Shown one piece after another: positions 56,948 through 64,000 of a DNA stretch of 64,000 nucleotides. Made by a program: the position numbers and the translations under genes. Within the stretch, counting starts at the first letter, position 1. Each line of letters opens with the position of its first letter. The stretch is from sequence record LC727697.1, one strand, 5' to 3'. Under the pieces are notes generated by a model. The model searched no databases, was not told where the DNA came from, and saw only the letters and a list, made by a program, of their open reading frames with translations.

Positions 56948-57934
56948 TTAGTTGCCGCTGTTTTGGCGGGCGCGGATGAGCGCAATTATATCTTGCGCAT
57001 TAGAAGCAGATTTGACAGGCTCTACAGGTTTAGTAGTATCTTCCCAAGGAAGATCATCGTTATCGTCTTCTATAACTGAAGAACTAGATACCGTAGTCTT
57101 AGGTTCTGGTTTAGATACAGGTACACTTACGGAAGTATTAGTAGGAACTTCAACCCCGTAAGGGCGATAGTATTTCCCCCAACGCTGCGGATCATATTCT
57201 TTACCTTCTACTGATTCTTCGAACATCTCGAATATAGCAGCTAATGCTTCTGCATCAGGTTTGGCAGGTAAAAATTTACTTAAATCATACAGACCATATG
57301 TTTGGATTGCTTGGAATTCTTCTTCAGTTAACGAAGATTCTTTCCTTGCCCATTTAGATGTAGCGTAATCGGCATATTGGCCCTTCATTAATTTAGTTAT
57401 CTGGAAATCAGTACCATTTAAATAATCAGTGGGAATGTTTTCCATTTCGGGGTCTAATAGAGACGATTTAACTAGATTAAAAATCTGACTTCCGAATGTG
57501 AATTTGCGAATAGGATTCTCCGGTAGTTCTTGTTCTACAAGGGGTGACTTACGAACAAGTCCTTGGAAAATATAAGAACGTTTCTTCCAATAAGTACGCG
57601 CTAATTTCTCTAACGAAGGATCTTTAAACCACGGACGGATTTCTTGATGAATAGGGCAAGATTCCCCCCACATTTCTACACACGGTACAGTAACAACTGT
57701 AGGTTTACTATTCATACCTACAATGCCACTGAATGGAATTTTAATTTGTTGTTTTTCTACCCAGAAAAAGGTATTATCAGTGTTTGCATCAGGAAGAAAT
57801 CTTACAGTAGCACTGTCGTTTTCATTCATGTCCCAGAATGGGAAATTACTTTTATCTGCACTGCCAGATGATTTTGTGCCACGTTTTGTTTCTTGATCTT
57901 TTAATTTTTGACGTAGTTCAGCAAGAGAAGCCAT
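56948..57934 (-). CDS. gp32: Single-stranded DNA-binding protein gp32-like
   Basis: VRFLP, CPI, YADYATSKW, acidic C-terminal region. Confidence 0.85.
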   Translation of the reverse strand: MASLAELRQKLKDQETKRGTKSSGSADKSNFPFWDMNENDSATVRFLPDANTDNTFFWVEKQQIKIPFSGIVGMNSKPTVVTVPCVEMWGESCPIHQEIRPWFKDPSLEKLARTYWKKRSYIFQGLVRKSPLVEQELPENPIRKFTFGSQIFNLVKSSLLDPEMENIPTDYLNGTDFQITKLMKGQYADYATSKWARKESSLTEEEFQAIQTYGLYDLSKFLPAKPDAEALAAIFEMFEESVEGKEYDPQRWGKYYRPYGVEVPTNTSVSVPVSKPEPKTTVSSSSVIEDDNDDLPWEDTTKPVEPVKSASNAQDIIALIRARQNSGN

Positions 57935-57970
57935 AATGAATTATCCTTAATATTTTTTTATTTTATCCTA

Positions 57971-58011
57971 AACCCTTTTAATACAGTTTTGCTCGGGTTA
58001 GCTGCAAAACT
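57971..58011 (-). promoter_or_regulatory. Predicted H-type pseudoknot in the gp32 leader
   Basis: S1 AGTTTTGC/GCAAAACT; S2 AACCC/GGGTT; followed by an AU-rich tract. Confidence 0.6.
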
Positions 58012-58024
58012 AAGTTATGGTGTA

Positions 58025-58053
58025 ATTATATAATGCAGTTATCTATTTGTCAA
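58025..58053 (-). promoter_or_regulatory. sigma70-type promoter of gp32
   Basis: TTGACA-N17-TATAAT. Confidence 0.85.
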
Positions 58054-58133
58054 CCATTTATTTTTAGTGTAATATGCAAAGTATACAGAATTAATTTTAT
58101 TTCGAATCCATTTTAATGATCTTGATAATAATT

Positions 58134-59624
58134 TTATTTAGCAATTTTAGAATATATTCTGTTAATAACATCATCTGGCAATTTTAGTAATTTTTCTCTG
58201 TCATTATATCTTCCGTGGCTATTGCTTATAATAAAATCAATTTTAGAGACAGTGTCATTTGCATCTACTTTTTGATCAGATGCGTGTTTATCTAAATCCG
58301 AATTACTGTATTTGTTGTCTTTATTTTTATTAAAGGGATTATTATCCGGGAAGTCAGGAATATTTATCCCAAATTCGTTAATCGATTCTGCAAATAACCC
58401 ATTAGTTTGATTAGTATTTGCTTTTTTAACACTAACGTTTTCAAAAAATGATTTAATTATAGAACATTCGAATTTATTTAAAGTATTTTCTTTTATTAGC
58501 TTAGATCCCATCGACGAAATATAATTAGCTAATAATGTATTTTCTAATATTCTAGAACTAAGTTCTTGTAAGCTATGTCCTAACTTAATATTAGGATTTT
58601 CATATATTATAGCATTAGTTTCTAAAATAGGCATAGACTCTATATAAATTTGTTTAGAAACTGCTTCTTCTATTTTCTTTAAATATGATTGTTTTTCCTT
58701 AACGAGTTTACTCACTATAGGAAGAACATCAGTAAACTTATCATCAAACTTACGAATAGTAAACATATCCTTAAACTTATCTACATCAGATACATCGCAT
58801 TCTGCTTCTTCCGTTTCTTCGATCCTAGATTTTACTATACCGTAGGTATTTACACCAGATAGACGTTTTAAATCTGTAGCTATACTATCTATGCTTTCCT
58901 TAATATTAGCAATAACATCGTTGCTATCTTCTGTTATAAGATTGTTAGAACGAATATATCTCATAAATTCTCTTAACTTAGTATAGTTAGCACAGCTTTC
59001 TATTATATAAGAACCGATCGAATCGTATTGATTACCGCCTTGCTGTATATGTCTTGCCATGGCGCGGGCGCCAACTAAGTTATTGTGAGGAAAACGAAAC
59101 CTTTCTCCCGAGTGTTCTATAAAAATTGCAGAAATATTTCTAGAACGGGCTCCCCTAATCTCTTCGTCGACATGTGTCTTATGCTTTACATGTATTTTAA
59201 CATTTTCTATTGTTTGATAACTTGTTTTTCTAGAACCAGCTAGAGGAGATATAGATTCAGATACAGATCCGTTAGACATTTCTTTTTCCTTTTTAACTTT
59301 TGCTTGGTATGCAAAATCCCTCGGTGTTATTTCTCTCCCGAAGTCTTTCAAGGTAAAATTTAGCATGTAATGCACTGCTATATTCTTTAACTGAACTAAT
59401 GTGCTTTCGTATTCAGTTAAAGAAATATTATTGTTTTTGCTCATACGAATTTCACCAGTGTCTTCATCTAGTGTTATCATCATGTTCGGATATTGAACAT
59501 AAAATCGACGAGCTTTTTCCGGGTCTATTACTTCATTGCCTGTTAGGTCATACATTTTAACCCGATAGCTGTGCCCTTTTAATACAGAAAATATTTTTTT
59601 AGCAGTTCTGTTATAATTAATCAA
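58134..59624 (-). CDS. Probable virion/prohead-associated protein
   Basis: 496 aa; late motif at 59650-59656; several xxE|S/D sites. Confidence 0.65.
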   Translation of the reverse strand: MINYNRTAKKIFSVLKGHSYRVKMYDLTGNEVIDPEKARRFYVQYPNMMITLDEDTGEIRMSKNNNISLTEYESTLVQLKNIAVHYMLNFTLKDFGREITPRDFAYQAKVKKEKEMSNGSVSESISPLAGSRKTSYQTIENVKIHVKHKTHVDEEIRGARSRNISAIFIEHSGERFRFPHNNLVGARAMARHIQQGGNQYDSIGSYIIESCANYTKLREFMRYIRSNNLITEDSNDVIANIKESIDSIATDLKRLSGVNTYGIVKSRIEETEEAECDVSDVDKFKDMFTIRKFDDKFTDVLPIVSKLVKEKQSYLKKIEEAVSKQIYIESMPILETNAIIYENPNIKLGHSLQELSSRILENTLLANYISSMGSKLIKENTLNKFECSIIKSFFENVSVKKANTNQTNGLFAESINEFGINIPDFPDNNPFNKNKDNKYSNSDLDKHASDQKVDANDTVSKIDFIISNSHGRYNDREKLLKLPDDVINRIYSKIAK

Positions 59625-59652
59625 AATTCTTACCTCAAAACTTTAATTGTAT

Positions 59653-61143
59653 TTATTGTTTTGTGTTGTCATACTCAGGTAATGATGATAAGTATCGTTT
59701 ACCTGCATCTGTAGTTTTAAGTAAATTAATAAACCATTTAGATACAGGCAGGCTATTAGATTTAAACATTAAATCACTGCCTAGTTTTATTGCATCGTTC
59801 TCTTCTTTTGGTGTTTTAGCATTGCTAAGCTCATGCTCAATTGCTGTCATAAGTTCCGGCCATTCGATCGAATTAGCAATCTCAACAGCTAACGGAAGAT
59901 TATACAGAAGGTATTGTTTTGTTTTAGAATTCTCAGCTACATGTTTTAGATAGTTCGATATTATTAAATCAAAATCCTTTCCGCCTATGTCCAGTAATCG
60001 ACGAACAAAATTAAATCCAGCATCATCTAAAGATTTAGAATGAGACCCTGTAGAATCTTCAAGGTATCTAGTTAATCGAAGTAACATATCGCTTTCAAAA
60101 TACCCATTTATCTCTTTATATTGGTCGAGCGGTTCTATTTTGGATAATTTTAAAAAATAATCATCGAGTGATTTCGACGCAGGGTATTTTGAGTATTCCG
60201 GTAAAACAAACAACGGTAATAAAGGATCTTTAACAGAAAGTGTATCTATTAAATTCTCAGACATGCCGTGTTTCTCAATATGTTGTTTGATACGGTATTT
60301 TCGATCAGCCCACAGATCGAAATAATAGTCATCCGATAGTCTATTATCATATTCGTCATCGAAGCCGCCGCGATCGCCGACAAGTGATTTCTCAGATTTA
60401 ATTATACCGTCGTCGTACAATTTTTTAATTATAGGAATTAACAATAGCTTAGACATTTGAGCGTCGTCTAAAGGCTCGTCTTTTGAATCCATCCATTGAT
60501 TAGTTTCTAAATGGAATTGTGCTTTGAATCCATCAGAACCTAACCAAGTATATAACGGTCCCTGACTATGGTAGTGACTAAACATATTATCACTACTAGT
60601 TGCTGCGGTACACCACCTAGTTCCTTGACCAAAGAATATTGCTGCATCTTCTGTTTTGGGATTAACTAGCATTCCTTCTTGGCCTTTATAAATTACATCT
60701 GCCTGACCAGACGAAATTAATTCTTGGCGTTTGGCATTATATGCATGCTTTTTAACTTGTTTATTAGATACACCAATCAGATCGTTGCCTGTTGCTGCGT
60801 CATTTAATGGGTCAATTACTGCATACAATTCTCCTAGTGTTTTATACTGATTTATATCTTTTTTCGGTAAAACACGTTTATATCTTTCGAATGATATAAG
60901 CTCTGCCCTTATTCTATTAGTATCTTCTAATCTAAATTCACCTGCAATAAATCTATTAGTAATCCATTGCAAATATGTCTGATTAGATGTGGGATCTGCA
61001 CTCTTAAGAACATTCATTATTTCTTCAGCCGTACGAATATTCGATCCATAATTTTTAACAGCAGTAAGGAGCTTGGGTCCTTGATTTTTTACAATCAGTT
61101 CTGCTTTATCTTCATATAAAGTAAACACTTCAAATAGTTTCAT
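59653..61143 (-). CDS. Hypothetical protein with GTRWC motif (probable virion-internal protein)
   Basis: Start moved to ATG 61143 (MKLFEVFTLYE); CTAAATA at 61167-61173. Confidence 0.7.
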   Translation of the reverse strand: MKLFEVFTLYEDKAELIVKNQGPKLLTAVKNYGSNIRTAEEIMNVLKSADPTSNQTYLQWITNRFIAGEFRLEDTNRIRAELISFERYKRVLPKKDINQYKTLGELYAVIDPLNDAATGNDLIGVSNKQVKKHAYNAKRQELISSGQADVIYKGQEGMLVNPKTEDAAIFFGQGTRWCTAATSSDNMFSHYHSQGPLYTWLGSDGFKAQFHLETNQWMDSKDEPLDDAQMSKLLLIPIIKKLYDDGIIKSEKSLVGDRGGFDDEYDNRLSDDYYFDLWADRKYRIKQHIEKHGMSENLIDTLSVKDPLLPLFVLPEYSKYPASKSLDDYFLKLSKIEPLDQYKEINGYFESDMLLRLTRYLEDSTGSHSKSLDDAGFNFVRRLLDIGGKDFDLIISNYLKHVAENSKTKQYLLYNLPLAVEIANSIEWPELMTAIEHELSNAKTPKEENDAIKLGSDLMFKSNSLPVSKWFINLLKTTDAGKRYLSSLPEYDNTKQ

Positions 61144-61174
61144 TAAATCTAAATCCAATTTAACTATATTTAGT

Positions 61175-62743
61175 TTAAAATAAGAAAGGCATGGGCATAC
61201 TATCGTCATCCTCATCGACGACTTCTATACTTGCACTGATTGCACCATTTGTATTATCATCCCATAATGCAATAAACTGAGTCATCCTTAGTGTTAATAT
61301 AAGTGCAGACACTAAATCGTCTGTAGTTCCTGGTCGAGCTTCAAACGTAGATCCTCTGTGTACATAATTCTTTAATTCACTAATCAATGCAGAAGATGAT
61401 ATTTTTATTTTATTATTTTCTATTAAGGATTTCAATCTAGAACATGCTTCTATTTTTGTCCGATTAGTAGTAAGAAAACCTTGTCTTTTACGACTATTCG
61501 CCCCTGCTTGTTTTACAGGATCATGCAAAAATGTTCCAGGAAAATATTCTTCTCCTGTATCACGTATTACCACTAATGCAGCTTCTCCTAAATTATTAGA
61601 TTCCAACGACCAGTATAATTCTACTACACCTGCGTTTTGTATTTCTGTAAGTATTTCATTTAACAACCTAACTTGACCCTCAACTGGTGTTCTGTTGTGC
61701 TGCCACTCAGCTACTTGTTTCATTGTAGGTAATTCTAACACTTGTATTGCAGCATTGTCGCCGCCTGCTCCCATAGATGGATCTAATCCAACAACATATG
61801 TATTTGTCGGCTTTATTTCTTCATACCAACGGACTTGGCCTGTTTTTCTTATAGGAGTTTTAGATTCTAATTGATTTAATTTTATAGAATTTATAAGAGT
61901 TTCTTCAAAAGAAATAAACTCCACTTCGTGTTCTCTACGAAATCTTTCTTCCCCTATCTTTTCACGCTCTATCGTTGCCCAATTTTCATCTCTGTCAGGA
62001 TGATCTTTCCAAGTAGCTTTAAACGGCTTAAATCCATTAGCACCTATTTTTCGTTCATTTCCGTATTCGTCAGTTAATTTGTTTGCATTATGCCATATAT
62101 CGGCAAACAAATCCTCGTCGGTATTAGGCGTAGAAGTTATTATACATTTACCGCCAGTGGATAATGTGGGTGATAGAGAAGTCCACATTTCTATAGCCAC
62201 ATTGTACGGCACGAATGCCATTTCATCTAAATATACTAGCGAAATGGACATTCCCCTACCTGTATTTTCGGTAGTAGTAGTTGATTTAATCTTAGATCCG
62301 TTATCAAATTCTATACTATGTTTATTATAAGTAATTGCACCTGCCCTAATGTGATCTGGCAAACTTTCATATGCAAATCGAATTCGACCCATAATCTCTT
62401 TGGCGTCGCCGCCTGTTTTAGATGCAACTAAAATAAAACTATCAGGTACGAACATTGCGTACCATAGTAAATAAGATCCAGCTACAGTAGATTTACCTAG
62501 CTGCCTTCCTAGCATAGCTATAGAATATCTATAATTGTGAAATGCTTCTAATAAACCTACTTGGTATGGAAACGGTTTAAATAACAGACGACCTTTTGTA
62601 GGATGCTGAATGTAGACAAAATTTGTCATAAAATACATAGGACCATTTATAGGATCCATGCATTTTTTTAATTCTTCTATCTGTTTGTCTGTGTATAGGA
62701 CCTTTTTAAAAGCCTTTTTAATTAAATAATCTTCTGCTGCCAT
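61175..62743 (-). CDS. terL: Terminase large subunit (gp17-like)
   Basis: GRQLGKST, YLDEMAF, STPN, GLDP, DDLV; start moved to ATG 62743 because the track start lies in a terminator. Confidence 0.96.
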   Translation of the reverse strand: MAAEDYLIKKAFKKVLYTDKQIEELKKCMDPINGPMYFMTNFVYIQHPTKGRLLFKPFPYQVGLLEAFHNYRYSIAMLGRQLGKSTVAGSYLLWYAMFVPDSFILVASKTGGDAKEIMGRIRFAYESLPDHIRAGAITYNKHSIEFDNGSKIKSTTTTENTGRGMSISLVYLDEMAFVPYNVAIEMWTSLSPTLSTGGKCIITSTPNTDEDLFADIWHNANKLTDEYGNERKIGANGFKPFKATWKDHPDRDENWATIEREKIGEERFRREHEVEFISFEETLINSIKLNQLESKTPIRKTGQVRWYEEIKPTNTYVVGLDPSMGAGGDNAAIQVLELPTMKQVAEWQHNRTPVEGQVRLLNEILTEIQNAGVVELYWSLESNNLGEAALVVIRDTGEEYFPGTFLHDPVKQAGANSRKRQGFLTTNRTKIEACSRLKSLIENNKIKISSSALISELKNYVHRGSTFEARPGTTDDLVSALILTLRMTQFIALWDDNTNGAISASIEVVDEDDDSMPMPFLF

Positions 62744-62754
62744 ATCTAAATAAA

Positions 62755-62785
62755 AAATAAAAGGGTGCATAACACCCTTTTATTT
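62755..62785 (-). terminator. Intrinsic terminator
   Basis: AAATAAAAGGGTG / CACCCTTTTATTT. Confidence 0.8.
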
Positions 62786-62798
62786 CCTTAACATAATA

Positions 62799-64000
62799 TT
62801 AACCTTTAAATTTATTAAGGGCTTCATGCAACGACGCTCTTATATCATCTATACTCTCGGATGCAAATGCTTTTTGTAAAGCATTATCGCCAGATTTTGC
62901 ACTAGACGGTCCTGCCGCGCCTACTACATTTCCATCATATCCGTTAGGGAAATAGTCGTTAGCATCTACGGTATTAGTATTTATTGAAGTGACTGCACCT
63001 TCATCCATTAACGATTTATGTATAGCACGGAGTCTCTGAACTGGCATATTGACTAATTCTTGCTCGCTATTATACTTGTTACTAGTCATCAATATATCTG
63101 CTATAATTTCTGCAATATCATCTACTGAATTAGCAACTTCGCTTCCGACTGTTCCGGGTCCAAGATCTATATCGAAATCTACAGGTATATCTTCAAAATC
63201 TTCCGAATTTTCTAAATCATTTAGGTCTTCGTCGTCTTCATCGTCTTCGTCGTCGTTATCGAAGTCGCCGAAATTTTTTAAAGTATAATCACTAGCTGCT
63301 TTATCTAAATTGGGCGATGCTTCTGACACATTTTTTCTTCTATCTATTACTGTTTTTATTTCTTCTGCAGATACATTAAGACCTGCGTTTTTAAGAATTC
63401 TATATGCATTCTCTAATTCTTCTAAAGAAACAGCTTTGTAATCATCATCTAATGTGGGGTCTTTTTTAGGATCATTAAATGCATATCCAGTCTTAGGAAT
63501 ATCCATATCATGCACACTTTCTTCTACATTAGATATTCCAGCCAATTTAGATATTTCATCTAAAGTAGATTCAAATGTTTCACCCATAACTTTATCGTGA
63601 ATTCGCTTTATAACTGCATATGGTAAAGTTTCTAGTTTTGCCTGATCCCTATATATATCACTATATGCAAGTATATCTTGTATCATATCATCGACATCAG
63701 TTACTTCAAAGTTATTTCTGTAATGTGTAACGTCATCGTTATCATCTATGCCAAACGAAATATCATCAGAATAATCATCTGCAGTTCCTGCTAATTCATC
63801 AAACGCAGAATCTTCATTAACTGAATTATCCCATTTAGTAGGATACGGAGCATCTTTAGAAATATATCCGGTTTCTCCATCCCATTCGCCGCAGCCGAAT
63901 GCCTGACATATGTCTTCGTCGCCCTCGAATCTAACACCGGGTTTTAATGCTTTACATGCGCGGACCCAAGATTTAAATGTGTGGAAAATTCTATTTCCAT
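62799..64000 (-). CDS. Acidic probable head-internal protein, 5'-truncated by the window edge
   Basis: Hand translation shows the frame of ORF 62799..63686 stays open to the window end (...SWVRACKALKPGVRFEGDEDI...GEWDGETG...), so it is at least 399 aa. Confidence 0.75.
   Translation of the reverse strand, partial: GNRIFHTFKSWVRACKALKPGVRFEGDEDICQAFGCGEWDGETGYISKDAPYPTKWDNSVNEDSAFDELAGTADDYSDDISFGIDDNDDVTHYRNNFEVTDVDDMIQDILAYSDIYRDQAKLETLPYAVIKRIHDKVMGETFESTLDEISKLAGISNVEESVHDMDIPKTGYAFNDPKKDPTLDDDYKAVSLEELENAYRILKNAGLNVSAEEIKTVIDRRKNVSEASPNLDKAASDYTLKNFGDFDNDDEDDEDDEDLNDLENSEDFEDIPVDFDIDLGPGTVGSEVANSVDDIAEIIADILMTSNKYNSEQELVNMPVQRLRAIHKSLMDEGAVTSINTNTVDANDYFPNGYDGNVVGAAGPSSAKSGDNALQKAFASESIDDIRASLHEALNKFKG

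Noticed and set aside
63223-63265. GAC/GAT/GAA-like short tandem repeats
   Set aside because: They simply encode an Asp/Glu-rich tract in the protein
187-63288. Many 60-150 aa antisense ORFs in the track (e.g. 187-459, 1183-1614, 13131-13556, 32395-32841, 45237-45686)
   Set aside because: They lie opposite well-supported genes, are Ser/Leu/Ile-rich shadow frames, and have no RBS or recognisable motif
1-64000. tRNA, rRNA or CRISPR array
   Set aside because: No T-loop or cloverleaf pattern and no regularly spaced direct repeats seen; intergenic gaps are short and explained by promoters and terminators. A tRNAscan run would be the definitive check
1-64000. Stop-codon reassignment, which occurs in some jumbo phages
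   Set aside because: Conserved genes (nrdA, terL, clpX, lig) are full length in the standard code and use TAA, TAG and TGA stops

Overview
A 64-kb, AT-rich segment of a T4-related jumbo myophage genome; nearly all genes are on the minus strand. Its gene content resembles RaK2/Atu_ph07-type jumbo phages (inferred from gene content only, not searched). It carries replication/recombination genes (clamp loader gp44/gp62, gp41 helicase, primase, gp32 SSB, UvsW/UvsX/UvsY, ATP-dependent ligase, exonucleases), nucleotide metabolism genes (NrdAB, ThyA, dCMP deaminase, MazG-like, HAD nucleotidase, FolE, two QueD), host-like proteostasis genes (ClpP, ClpX, ClpS, FtsH, a YccA/BI-1-like protein, Hsp20, GroES), ribosomal protein bS21, a SOD, a block of probable head/virion proteins, a PAAR-M15 peptidase fusion and the large terminase. 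Highlights: (1) uvsX/recA is fractured by a naturally split intein (17-aa N-half, 128-aa C-half) with a free-standing endonuclease between the halves, controlled by a late promoter inside an RBS-sequestering hairpin; (2) a minimal DnaE-like polymerase is encoded as two genes 43 kb apart; (3) a sigma70-driven five-gene operon (ligase-fold protein, PD-(D/E)XK nuclease, Pol-beta nucleotidyltransferase and two small ORFs) of unknown function; (4) RNA-level controls (ROSE-like hsp20 leader, gp32 leader pseudoknot, leaderless mRNAs). I saw no tRNA, rRNA or CRISPR array. All family calls come from motifs read by eye, without database searches.
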